Notes under the pieces: generated by a model
The model's database searches: none
What the model was told of the DNA's origin: nothing
The model's input: only the letters and a program-made list of their open reading frames with translations
Translations under genes and position numbers: made by a program
In this document: piece after piece, positions 53,801 to 64,000 of the stretch
Layout of the letters: each line of letters opens with the position of its first letter
Position numbering within the stretch: position 1 is the stretch's first letter
Assembly: GCA_030141605.1 (NCBI GenBank)
Contig: JAQGDQ010000610.1
Location: forward strand, 62,001 to 126,000
DNA from: Tubiluchus corallicola
Lineage: Eukaryota; Animalia; Priapulida
Direction of reading: 5' to 3'
Length of the DNA: 64,000 nt

Positions 53801-56800
53801 AACTGCAGTGTTAGTTTCATGACGTCAATTTAAACTGATGTAAGCTGGTGGTTTTTCAGCTGATGACTAATTTATTAGTACTTTTACAGCAGAACTTAAT
53901 CAAGTAATATGTATGACCTTGATGAGACTTCTTTTCATTAATGATTCGAAAATTTATTTGAATTTTATTTGAATCTAAAACTGAATTTGATTTGGATTTG
54001 AAATCTTGAAATTTGCCTTGATTCGAGTTTGAGGGTCAAAAAAATAATTCAGTCAGAATTCGCTTTCTGTATCTCACCCCAAATGGGCACTGTCAAAAGA
54101 ACAGAACGCCACCTACCGATTCGGCCAGAAAATAATGCACCATAGAGCCTTTATAGTAATCTATGTCTGTTGCGCGAGCCTGAAATACCAACGTTCCCAC
54201 AGGATCTGCCTGAAAACCATTCATTTAATGCACATTACAGACATAAGCATGTTATGATGAATGCTTTAAAGGACAGGAAAATGGCCAACCGAAGTAAGCC
54301 TCAGAAAATTCACAATAAAAAATTATATCACCTACGTATAATCTTAAGTGAATAAAGTACTCACGTTTTCGCATTTACTTCAATTTATTGTAAAATATTT
54401 CAACCGCTGCAGTGAACGATGGCGCATACATGTTTCATTTACTCCACCAATTGAAAAGCCAGCAAGTGATTGATCACGTGGCATGACATCACTGGAACAC
54501 AGTCGCAGTGAGTTCTGAGCACGTGTACTATAAAGATTTGTGTTGTGGTCCTGTGACGCCATCTAACATGGCGCCACCGTGACAGTCTCGCGGGAGTATT
54601 TAAAATGAAAACAAACAGGAAATTCTTTAAACGTGAGTATGATAAACGCTTAAGATTGCCTCTAACCGTTATAATTCTTTAGCGGAAATTTTCCGAGACT
54701 TGCTTTAACTAGGCCCTTTCTTGTTCTTTAAACCTGTTTATTTTATTTTTTTATTTAATTTATAATACATCTATGAATTGAAGTCAAGAGACTTATATGT
54801 CCATTAAAAACATCGTAAAATATATCGACAACGTATAGAAAGTAAAATTACAGGTAAAAGTAAAGAATACATGCTACATGGTTAGTAGAATATAAACGCA
54901 CAAGTAGGTGCAAATAAATTAAAAGTGCAGATAAAAAGATTAAAACTTGATTAGTATGAAAAAATTGTATAATTACGGTCAAAAATTTACATCTTACATC
55001 ATTTACCAGATCACACATTTCTAATAAATATTTTTCTAAATGTTTCTTAAATTTATTTATATTACCGGCTTAATTTTATTTTACTGGGTAAATTATTCCA
55101 CATCACAGCACCATTATACATGACAGAATGTTTCATAATGTTGGTTCCGCACATACGAATATGGAATTTGAAAACACTATTTACGAAAAAAGCTTAAAAA
55201 AGTTGAAATTTTATATCAGCTACATGCCGTCTTATTGCATACAGAGCTCGTGTTGACAGCAACAGTAACGCTGTATAAAACTTGAAAATTTGAACTCCCG
55301 TGATGACCGTTAGGCTGCAGCCATTTTAATAGTAAATCATTTGAAACAAGTTTAGATTGCATTGAAAAAATTTGAAAAAATAATCGGAACATTTCATTAA
55401 TCAAGCGGAAATATAAATTACTTTATATCCTTGGTTCCCAATCCGGGGTACTAGTACCTCGTGGGGGTACCAGCAAACACCACAAAGGGTACCTCAGAAA
55501 CCTCTTAGACAATTTTAAAATAGTAGTGTTATATAATAATCGGTGGGTGATTCAGACATCTCTGTTCACTGTGCCAACATTCATGGTTTTTAGTCAAGCT
55601 TTTGACCAATGTCCATTGCAAAGCTTTCTGTGGACTTTTTCCTGTGTGAAGCAGGCTTTTCAATGTTGGTGACAATCAAGACAAAAGCCTGAAACCGTTT
55701 TGACATGATTATCCTATAGACTAGTATAGGCTCCAGTCTGGAGCCCCTCAAGCTTTGTAATGTTCCCTAAAGAATTTGCAATACGTTCACTTCAAGCTAC
55801 GTAAATGTTGCTAAAATACAGTCAACCTCGGATATAAGGGACACTTCAGGACCAGAAAAAAACGTCCCTTATATCCGATGTCCCTTATAACCGAAGCTGA
55901 GTCAGACCGAGGGTGTATCTAGACCTGTACTTTTACCCATATTTTTATGGATTATTGCTACACAATCAGTGCAAAGCAAACAGTAAGTAGGAAGCTCCTT
56001 CAGTGATGTGAGATGTGTGTGACATCGAAAACCAAGCTGTTCGAAGGCCGAGTTTGCGAAAAATTGAGGTCAAAAATCGATCAATTTCGCTTTGATCATA
56101 GGGTCCCTTATATGCGAGGTAATTGACCTGGATTTCTATTGCGTGGGACCTGAAGATATCATCCCTGATAACCGAAAGTCCTTTATATCTAAGTACCTTA
56201 TATACGAAGATTTTTACACGGGAAAAATGTTACGAAAAATCGGGACCGCTGTTGCTGGTCACTTATAAGCAAGTACCTTATACCCGAGGTTGACTGTATA
56301 TCATGAGTAAAAGTGATTCAAGACCAATGCGAGCAAGTTAGAAGGTGGTTCCGTCTGAGGGGGCCCCATAATTTCATTACCCAAGGGGCCCAAAAGGTCA
56401 TAATTCAGCCCTGTGTACAGCGTATGATTTGAAGTAAATCACAAAACATACTTAGCACAAAAAGTGTTGACAAGACCACACCCCAAAATTAAACATTAGT
56501 GTACCTCACTAAGTTCGATTCTGCCGCTGGGTACAACTGATTGCCAAACAGGTGCATTGTTGTTAATATCCTTTACACGTAAAGAAGTAGTAAATTCAGC
56601 CTGAAAAATAGAAAATTTTTTGCCAATTGAATACAGTCAACACTCGTCAAACCGGACTAATGGGGGGGGGGGGGGTCCGGTTTAGCCGATTGTCCGATAT
56701 GCCTATATATGGTCTATATTATACAGAAATAATCACCTTAATAAGGCCTATATACATTGCACTATATACTGTGCACTATATACTATACTGTATATTACTT

Positions 56801-59800
56801 TAAAATAGTTAACCTGTGAGGATAAAGAAACTAGCGAGTGCTTTCGATGGGGTAAGCAAACTGAATTTTGGCGGGAATCGTAGCAGCCTGGGCGGCACCG
56901 CGAAGCGCTTCCGCCCCTCAATGGCTCGTGGTGAGTTGGTAGGCCGTGTGTTTAGCACTCCGGCTCGGTTGGAAATCAGTCAGTTTCCTTTACCACGGAT
57001 GACGTCCATCTTATCCGATATCCGGGCTAACGGTGTCCTGTTTAACGAGGGTCGGCTGTACTCAGTTTTTGTATCGAATAAATTAATTCCTGTCAAGTAC
57101 AGAGTTGTACATAACCACTTACTGGGGGGTGACGTAGAAGGGGAGGGGAAGAGCGGCACAGAACAATTTGTTGCATCAAAGTAATCTTCAAACAAGTGCA
57201 AATCTTTCATGCTCTCAATATTTAGTATGCATGCCTCCGATGTCTCCCACAGCCTGCAATCAACAAGGGAGTGATCGGAGAAGCGACCTCAAAGGCAGTG
57301 GCGTCGTGCTATAGGGCAGGCCGGGGGGGGGGGGGGCCGGGGCCCAATTTTTTAGAAAATGTCAAAAATTTTAAGGGTGTCAGCGGCTTGTAGTGAGACC
57401 AATAAGGTGTAAATTTTTGAGGAACGGTGAAATCTCCCACTGTAGGCATGATATGCAATTATATATACACAATTACACATAGGTATGATTATTGATTGAA
57501 TCTAATGTCTAATTGTTGCATTGATTATCCTCTGCTCTCGTGGCTATGCCACTAGGTAATTGGCCATTAGCCCTTTGCACTGGGCCAATGATATTGCTTC
57601 CCCCTTTCCTATATAAACACTTGCAGTGTTAGCTGGATTAGAAAGCCGATTGTCTCTGATTAAATTGTGATGCGTCTCCTTACACTTAGAAAAAAATTAG
57701 TCATTATCAACAGTCAAGCCTGGTCAATTGAGAAAAAAATTAGTCATTACCAACAGTCAAGCCTGGTCAATTGTCGGTGAGTGCATACCTACAGTATGTT
57801 GCAATAAATCTTAGACAGATTGGAAATCTATGTTTTCTTTTAGAAGCTGTAGATTTTGTAAAACCCAAGATTGAAAATGATTGAAAATGCGAGGAAATAT
57901 GTTGATTATTTTTTAGTTATAAAATAGGAATTTCCACGTGATTCAATATTTCTTAAGCGATGTCAAGGCAGTCCAACCTGACTTCATTTTTCAAGTCCAA
58001 CCGTGTTCCCGACCCAGGTTCTACGGCCACAACACTCATCCCTGTATCCAGCGCGTCTGTGTCTACTGTAACGTCGGCCAGCCAGTCTGAAGCCCCTAAA
58101 GGCAACACGTCCTCTTGCACAAATCTTCTGATTCCAACAGAACGAATCCAAAAGGATAATTTTTAATTTTAATTAAGTTTCTGTTATACGTTTTTAAACA
58201 GTTAAGTTCCGCCATTATATACAGTCAGGCCCCACTAATTTGTTTTGGTGCACGACGCCCCTGTCAAAACACCGGGATTAATTTTTCCAGTTGAACTGAA
58301 TCGCCTGGAAATTCAGTGGACATCAGCCTCGCCAAACACGCTGGAGCCATCCCGAAGGTCCTAGGACATGCCTTCGATCAGCATTTAAAGGACAAGAAAA
58401 GGGGTGTCTGCAGTAGATTTCAGAAAAATCGCCCGAAAAATTATATTACTTTATAGCAATTTTATGCGTATATCGTACTCGCTGTTGAAAGGACAATTGA
58501 CGGTACTGTATATATACTCTTATATCATGATACAGTGCAGAAATAGAGGCCTTGTGTGTACATATTATGCAAATAAAGATTATCATCGTCATCAAATTGC
58601 ATTAATATAACATCAGAACACATTACCATGTACGGGCCATCTGACGGAACCGAATACAGCCAAGAGATAGTGTAATGATTTCTCACCTATAGAAAACATT
58701 GTAAAGTGAATCAAAATTTATTAAACTTACAGCAAGGAATGTAAAAGACATATTTAGACTTTTTGTTAATTGGCAGCAACATCAACACAACATGTGAGCC
58801 ATGATAAGATTTGTTAACACTTTCTCAAAATCATCACACAAAGGATTAGTGCAGCTTAACCCTTATAGAGTCACCGGGGGGTAAAAAATTACCCCCAGAC
58901 TGGTTTTTTGCATTTTACCCTTTTACCATATGCATCCCAGTAAACCTTTTCTATGACTTTTTCTAAATGTTTTGTGCACAAAATACTTTCAGTTATTTAT
59001 TTTAGGCGCATTGTCTCACCATGAAATAAAAGTGAAAATGCAATATGTCAATTTTTTAAAATTGTTGAAACTTTACTTTGCCTGTCTATACATTATACGG
59101 GCAATATAACAAAATGTCAGACATTTTGTGGCCATGTCCACCTAAAAGAAGAAAGTAGTAGACAATAAATTCAAAATAACAATGATTTTTGCACGCGTGC
59201 TAGCAATGTCGGTTGTCTACAGTTATTCCAGCATAGATAAGGGAACATAACTAAGTGAATTTAAATTTCGTATTACTAGTAAGTCACATGTCTTTAAGTA
59301 GAGGTATAATGTATCCTATGGTGGTCAGCATTATGCTGTTGCTGCTTACTAATGAAACATTGCGGTTTATCAAAAGTAATTTACAAATTATGGTGGGGGT
59401 AATTTTTTACCACCCGGTTACCAAAATCGGTTGTAAAAATTGTGACCCTATAAGAGTTAAGATATAGCTGCCCAAAGGAAAGCTTGAACTCCGTAAGATT
59501 CCAAGATGCACTATTTAGTAATGGTAAACATGAATACTGTGTATGAATTATGCAAAATTATACGTGTGCTGTAACACTGAGCAAAATCTTAACAACAAGT
59601 GGAATTACTATTACACACATATCTCTGTTTGTCGGACAAAAGCAGAGAGACGTCAATCCAAGTTTAACGATTATCTGTATTTACTGACAGTAAGCTAATA
59701 TAATAGGTACTGTGTATAAGACTCACGGTAAAATAGAATCAATCGTTTAATTGTCTCATATGGGCCGCTCCTATGCAAAAGTATATAAAAACTTTCGGCA

Positions 59801-61144
59801 ATGGACATAACTCTGCACAATTGACTCTATATTTTTCTGCACATGCTTAAATAAGACCATTTACGACCATTCATGATTGACCATTTATCATGTATGAGGT
59901 TTTACTATTTTTATGTCATCTTACTTCGCTTTCGTGTGCTATATTATATGTAGAAACCATCGCATTAAGCACAGTCATTACACGCTGCTGATGTAATCAT
60001 GTAAACAAAGTGAAGGCCCGCCAACTAGCGGTCAGCTCGCGAAACAATGGACTGTGTCCATAGTATGCGGGACTTTTTAACGGTCCAGATATTCGTGAAA
60101 GCGAGGTCTGGCAAACCAAGATATGAGCGTAATTACGGCTTGCAAACACTGATGCCTGAGTCGCTACGGCGCTTGTACATGGATCGACAGGTTTGAGGTT
60201 CGAAGTCGAGGTTCGAATCCCGTTCTTGTCTGGGTTTTTCGAGCCACTGACCACGCCAGCAGCCTTCCTAGATTTACTCGGTCTTAAATGAATACCTAGA
60301 GTCACGTTTTCAAGCAAGGAAGTGACGGGCTAGCCGACAGCCTTGTTTATGTTCCGGGTGTTGGTAAACAGGTGTAATAATCTATTCCTACACTCTATTA
60401 GGCCTAGACGCACGGGTACATGCTGCTTCATCTTCTTCCATAGTGCATAATAAGCTCGTTTATCAAAAACCCAGGGATGAGAATGACAAATTGCAAAAAA
60501 CACTGAAACAGGTCGGGGTTTTTGGGGCCGCCTAGACCCCCAATGGGGTTGAGGGGGAAAGCCAGCAACAAATTGCAATCTTGTGACCATAGAGAACCTC
60601 TCTAAGTGGACTTAAAATATCAATTACCTTGTTTCATGCATAATTTAAAATACCCAACTATCAAGGATACATGATAATTAATTGTCTCAAAAACGCCAAA
60701 GTACTGGCCGCTCCTATGCAAAAGTATATAAAAACTGTCTGCAATTGACTCGAATAACTCTTTATACATAGAGATATTCACCTGGTTACACTGAAGTACG
60801 TGATGTAAACAAAGTGACGGCCTGCCAACTACCGGTCAGCTTGTGAAATAATGTACTGGGTCCGTAAAAATTTTCTCAACGAATTCACACGATTTACAAA
60901 AATGGCACTACTGGTCTATCGAAAACCGTGATCATCAACTGCATCACAACACTCGTGCGGCCAAATTTACTTACCGACCAATCTAAACTATGAGAAATTA
61001 GCTCGATGTTCAAAGTATTCTTGCCTACAATTGCAAATTGTACAATAGATTCTGATATTTCCACATTGTCGACTTTTACCGATTTGACGCTAGCCTGCAC
61101 TTGTCCAGTATTAACAGTGAAATTTACTTGCCCCAACACGTATC
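23882..61144 (-). CDS. Cadherin-related single-pass membrane protein (6 cadherin repeats, TM, short S/P-rich tail; CDHR1/Cad86C-like architecture), 5'-incomplete
   Basis: Exons (minus): 61144-60975, 58686-58627, 56600-56505, 54209-54117, 53513-53391, 51481-51317, 48111-48024, 45430-45312, 43189-42986, 41007-40819, 39663-39431, 35780-35678, 34630-34484, 32910-32796, 31296-31157, 28075-28021, 26672-26576 (TM: GLVAGTALLCTMIVGVLIFGFHVF-RKWK), 24059-23882. All GT-AG with matching phases, ~790 codons. Ca-binding motifs DINNNAP, ATDID, LDYQ, DIPNKPP, ANDQD, LDKE, DINDNAP, DTNDNFP, DADSG, DLNNNAP, ATDLD, AIDHGDPP. No signal-peptide exon found in the window; the terminal exon is the least certain. Confidence 0.88.
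24147..24750. mobile_element. Abundant TTAA-AGG-ended dispersed element family C (fragments also at ~24840-24950, 25450-25680, 29540-30140, 30525-30640, 38600-39330, 46080-46740, 52470-53030)
   Basis: Shared core gatcattttgataccaagcttatcgctctatgttatttctaagctgagataatccacgttgaagttgaggtgcagg... in both orientations; terminus ttaaaggaaaggtcaagcc also seen inverted at ~13198-13217. Confidence 0.7.
25131..25385 (-). mobile_element. LINE ORF2 C-terminal fragment
   Basis: ...ARVNIYLYSYFRAIRLSNKLPPDIREITSRDHF resembles the YKNSFFPRTIRLWNxLP...SLxxFK motif at the end of CR1/Jockey-group ORF2. Confidence 0.6.
25678..26381. mobile_element. Tc1/pogo-type MITE; related copy at ~33075-33775
   Basis: tacagtaagtcctcg ... 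gaggacttactata TIR; internal ttaacgac motifs shared with the 33075 copy. Confidence 0.7.
26826..27968. repeat. Minisatellite, 78-bp unit, ~14.5 copies, in the cadherin intron upstream of the TM exon
   Basis: Unit acatataacaaacaagta(g/c)gattactatacaagaagtaacacaccacaatgaattgcacaacctgcactattatatag; gives a 26-aa repeat ORF on the minus strand. Confidence 0.95.
31350..31958. repeat. Long fold-back inverted repeat (~250-bp arms, ~105-bp spacer)
   Basis: 31350-31603 is the near-perfect reverse complement of 31708-31958; the outer ends resemble LINE tails (gaaataaataaactt). Confidence 0.9.
32260..32783. repeat. Tandem repeat, ~140-bp unit, ~3.5 copies
   Basis: atgtacagaacactc recurs at 32424, 32564 and 32703, with partial copies at ~32261 and ~32298. 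Confidence 0.9.
34960..35250 (-). mobile_element. RTE-clade LINE ORF C-terminal fragment
   Basis: DAFQRNILGIRCPKKISNKDLYEK...IKRRCLRWIGH matches the RTE motif ILGIxWxDxxxNxxL...RRLRWxGH. Confidence 0.65.
35986..36809. mobile_element. Tc1/pogo-type MITE
   Basis: Perfect TIR tacagtctaacctcgttatctcgcc / ggcgagataacgaggttagactgta with TA TSD. Confidence 0.8.
37440..38002 (-). mobile_element. 5S rRNA-derived SINE (SINE3-type) with RTE-like body and (CAA)n tail
   Basis: 5S-like head at 38002-37885, GC-rich body resembling the RTE 5'UTR, 3' end GTCTTCCGAGACAGAAGGATGTCAACAACAAC; 11-bp TSD taatccacatt at 37429-37439 and 38003-38013. Confidence 0.85.
37885..38002 (-). pseudogene. 5S rRNA-derived sequence (SINE head, not a functional 5S gene)
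   Basis: CTACAGCCATATCACCTTGAAAACACCGGTTCTCGTCTGCTCAACAAAGTTAAGCAACGTAGAGCCTGGTTAGTACTTGGATGGGTGACCACCTAGGAATACCAGGTGCTGTAGGCTT: boxes A, IE and C recognisable, several substitutions, no T-run terminator. Confidence 0.85.
41143..42945. repeat. Minisatellite, 41-bp unit, ~44 copies
   Basis: Unit caagtaattgacaggattgagttctgacattggtttttaaa. Confidence 0.95.
43654..43786. repeat. Imperfect hairpin, ~53-bp arms
   Basis: atttatatgatagtgtatattgctaattgcgcagaagagtagcataatgatc ... gatcattatggtactcttctgtgcaattaacaatatacattatcatataaat. Confidence 0.8.
44155..44612. repeat. Dispersed repeat; near-identical copy at ~60470-60925, partial copy at ~59750-60060
   Basis: cccagggatgagaatgacaaattgc ... actactggtct shared in the same orientation. 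Confidence 0.75.
44643..45044 (-). mobile_element. Tigger/pogo transposon 5' remnant (TIR plus transposase N-terminus)
   Basis: TIR tacagtggaacctcgacttacga on the minus strand from 45044; ORF MGPKKASASGSDKKKRMMSMETKLEIIAKYESGVPLSAISREYG is a typical Tigger psq-HTH start, truncated. Confidence 0.8.
46910..48050. repeat. Minisatellite, 52-bp unit, ~22 copies, containing the cadherin exon end and splice donor
   Basis: Unit tagtcaaggcgtctagacattacctggctcagcacaaacaatactgtacaag; on the minus strand it contains GCTGAGCCAG|GTAATG. Confidence 0.95.
48552..48619 (-). other. tRNA-derived (SINE-head-like) sequence inside a small inverted-repeat element (~48432-48866)
   Basis: Minus strand ctggTAGCTCATCTGGcacagc...tctGGTTCAAATCCaaactagtc contains A-box and B-box; cloverleaf degenerate. 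Confidence 0.5.
48947..50326. repeat. Minisatellite, 29-30-bp unit, ~46 copies
   Basis: Unit taagtgccaaagctccggggagaccacaca; explains the many repetitive ORFs at 48.9-50.3 kb. Confidence 0.95.
51561..52110. repeat. AT-rich satellite of 12/13-bp subunits (gtatattactaa / gtatattacgtat), followed by a ~240-bp tandem duplication
   Basis: Seen directly; ~52045-52230 is repeated at ~52285-52470. Confidence 0.9.
56632..57060. mobile_element. Tc1/pogo-type MITE
   Basis: tacagtcaacactcgtcaaaccggac ... gtcctgtttaacgagggtcggctgta imperfect TIR with TA. Confidence 0.65.
57296..58263 (+). mobile_element. hAT-like internally deleted element
   Basis: cagtggcgtcgtgc ... gcacgacgcccctg termini; short ORF MSRQSNLTSFFK resembles hAT transposase N-termini. 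TSD unclear. Confidence 0.5.
60147..60400 (+). mobile_element. tRNA-derived SINE remnant
   Basis: B-box GGTTCGAATCCC at ~60210, followed by a central-domain-like segment cagccttcc...tcggtcttaaatgaatacc. Confidence 0.45.
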
Positions 61145-61509
61145 CTGCAATGTGATATCAACAAAATCATTAGAAATTCATAGAGACTATAGCGCAACGT
61201 ACCAATTACATGTTCTAGCAAAACCCGACAAGTTTTGCTTACTGTGACTTTTGCATCGCTCTTTGCCAAGCTCACAGACTAGTTTCGGTCAATGCGTAAC
61301 TTTTGCCTATCCCTTTCAATTCTGTCTTTCACTCTCATTCCCTCCCCCTCTCTTTTTCCTCTTGAAGTAGAGTGTGACATTAACATTGGTTATCGCAACT
61401 ATGTTCTACCTCGAAAACACATTGGTGACTCTCTCTCTCTCTCTCTGTCTCTCCCCCCCCCCCCCATTCATCAGTGTTGTTGTCCGACTCATGTGGAAAA
61501 TACATGTTA

Positions 61510-63420
61510 AGTGGAGTCAAGCTCATTAATTTACTCCCATTATAAAGTTCCATTATTCTGTATTCATTGTCAAAGATAAGTGTTTTTTATATCTGCATTA
61601 ATAGATTTTCTCCACCATACAGCCAGACCTTCCCGAGGCCTGCCTGTCTGTATACCAGCACTATGATCTGTTACTGACATGCCTGCTCCATAGAAGTCTC
61701 AATGCAGAGTAGCCAGTATGTCAAGTTATTGCTTTGGTAGCATCATTTCTTGCAACAGGACTATATCACTGGATTCACAAATGCTGTTTATAACCTGTCT
61801 AGATTCAGGATGTTTTAATGAATTACAGTTGTAGCTCACTAAACGAATTTTATTCTCCTGTTTCATCATCGTCATTATCTGTATCAACTGACAATAACGA
61901 GCATGGTTGCTCCTGGAGTTCAGAATTTAAGTTACATGTAGTTCTATTCCAGTTAGGGGCAGCCCTAGACGAAGCTTGCAATGATGTCGTAGATTTTGCT
62001 TTGTTATTAGCATATACCTTACCAGATGTGTAAAACCGCTTTAATAATATTCCAGAAGGCCATATCTCAGAATTCATAATTAGATTTCGTTCACCATCTC
62101 CAAAGCAATTTATGACAAATGATGTATATGTATCGTATTTTGTTTTTAATTGCTCAGCCTCAACAGTTATTGCACAATTGTCAGTAAGAAATTGTTCAAC
62201 TTCCCACGCTTGGGTGTTTGGATGCAGGCGCGTGACAAAAATTCTTCTCCTAAGTTTGCTAGCCCAGATGTGTAAGCTTTGCCTATTGCAACACCTGTGA
62301 CAATGCGCTTAGCGTTTGAGCTGCCTTACCACAGCGACGATCTCTGGTCACAGTGATGAAACCCTCGTTATCTTTTGTCTTATTTGTAACTTTGTTTTGA
62401 CTTTCTGTGTCATCAACGCTAGCTTTTGTTGATACGGTTTACAATGAGGTTTGTTTCTGAGAGCTTCAGTGAAGTTAATTTTACGTGATGTAGCTGAATA
62501 TCTAGGTAAATGTGTTTGTAATGCCTCATCTAGGTCGCTTTTTGAGACCGTGTTAGGCTTTAAGACAGGCAATATCTTGTTGCATAATCTGAAGCTGCTT
62601 CATCAGGACAGTGATGTCAACTGATTTAAGAGACATGGGTGGCACTTGTTGTGTTATATAATGTAATACGTGTTATGTTAGTTTTGTAATGTCAAATATA
62701 TAAAAAGTGTAAATGTAATGAGTGAAATTTATGTAATGTAAAGCATGTTTCAGTTAATTGTGTCATGTCAAATGTATATATAGTGTAAAATATGTCATGT
62801 AAAATTTAGCGTACTTTTGTAAAATTGTTTTGTAAAAATATTTTAATATGGTGTTTGTAATTACGTTCATTTATTGGGTATAATTAGGCCTTAGTATTGC
62901 ACTTTAGTTTTTTTTAGTCTGCACTGGACGCATTTGTCTTGAACAGTGTTGTAATCTTAGCATTACACTGAGGCTTAGTCAATTTTATTATAATGAGTGA
63001 ACCATTTTAATGACAAATAAAGAATTAATAATAATAATAATGATAAAAAAACTGCAGCAAATCTAAGTGTGGCATCCTATTAAAAATTGGACCATATTGC
63101 ATCAGTTTGACGATATCTGTAGCCATGGCCTTGTGTTTTGTATGCCAAATTCTATTCTTAGTGAACTCGGGTCTGTCAGTAATACTAGACGGAATAAGAC
63201 TTAAAAGCAATGTTTTCGACTCCTCAAGTTGCTCTTCTGTATAAAAGTCATATATGACCGCTGACAGATCATCAAATGGAACCCCAGCGTCAAGCTATGC
63301 ATAAGTTTGACTTTTTCACCATTGATCTGATCAGATTCTATGGATGAATTTTGCGAAGCGACAGAGTCTATTTGACTAGATGTGATGATGTTCGTCCTTC
63401 GAATCGAAGATGACCATAGT
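61510..63420 (-). mobile_element. Degenerate non-LTR retrotransposon 5' half (ORF1 plus start of APE endonuclease), interrupted by an AT-rich insertion at ~62670-63045
   Basis: Minus-strand pieces: DFYTEEQLEESKTLLL...KAMATDIVKL; VPPMSLKSVDITVLMKQL; IFVTRLHPNT...EQLKTKYDTYTSF...MNSEIWPSGILLKRF (ORF1); then SYNCNSL...DIVLLQE...GRPREGLAVWWRK (APE), with internal stops. Confidence 0.75.
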
Positions 63421-63429
63421 GACAGGGAT

Positions 63430-63800
63430 AAAAGGTCAGTTTGGGGGGTTGTCCACAGGACTTTGAATTTTTGGTGGTGACCTGTCATCATGACTTGTGC
63501 GTGACTTGGTTTAAAGTGAGGGAGGGATTGCACCAGGTCGTCAGCCTCACTCTCTCCACGCCAGAAGTATGATCCATCATGGGAAAGGCAGAGCCCGTAC
63601 ATCTGTTACTTCAGGCGTCGCAGGAATTGTCGGTGCTATGGTGCTATGCAACATGATCAGCCTATAGGGACTCCAGCTCCGGATTTTTCCTTGGGGTTTA
63701 CTCCCGAAGCCTTTCTCAAGGAGGGTATAACCACAAGGCAGTGGAGGTTTGTGATCAGTGTTTTCCTTCACCTAGATGGATTGACTAGATGTCACTACAA
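63430..63800 (-). mobile_element. RTE-like 5'UTR-related sequence
   Basis: Shares motifs (gtttactcc, gcagga.ttg.c, ggcagtggaggttt...gttttccttc) with the body of the 37440 SINE and with RTE 5'UTRs as I recall them; not checked by alignment. Confidence 0.4.
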
Positions 63801-64000
63801 TCTACAGCCTATTTCCTACTAGTCCTGCACTTTTGGCATATAATCAAGTTCACAGAAGCTGAACGAGGAACTGCATCCGCATACTTATGTCGGCACAATA
63901 TGCACGTTGACGGGGCCACTCAAGCAGACAGGTATTCTTCCTACGCTACCAATGTCCCTTAATCAGCTCTATTGTTCACACAGAAGACACACAGGCACCT

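Noticed and set aside
55245-55315. Candidate extra cadherin exon PNGHHGSSNFQVLYSVTVAVNTSS
   Set aside because: Flanking exons already join in frame into complete cadherin repeats, and it carries no cadherin motif.

Overview
AT-rich, intron-rich invertebrate animal genomic DNA; the species cannot be determined from the sequence. Four protein-coding genes can be assembled by hand from GT-AG exons with consistent phases. (1) The first coding exon of mitochondrial ATP synthase subunit f (minus, 1102-1180). (2) Head-to-head with it, a complete 6-exon IFT27/RABL4 (plus, 1608-8035). (3) A complete 3-exon MRPS2 (minus, 17549-20958). (4) An 18-exon, 5'-incomplete cadherin-related single-pass membrane protein with 6 cadherin repeats (minus, 23882-61144). 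The rest is MITEs (TTAA-AGG Kolobok/T2-like, piggyBac-like, Tc1/pogo-like, hAT-like), LINE remnants, a 5S-rRNA-headed RTE-type SINE with an 11-bp TSD, fold-back hairpins and several unrelated minisatellite arrays. The most unusual signals are in the cadherin locus: four unrelated arrays start at or just after 5' splice sites; one amplifies the donor about 22 times; one forms a 400-codon hydrophobic ORF in frame with the juxtamembrane exon; and an antisense copy of the terminal-exon acceptor sits upstream in the same pre-mRNA. Most short ORFs in the supplied track are spurious.
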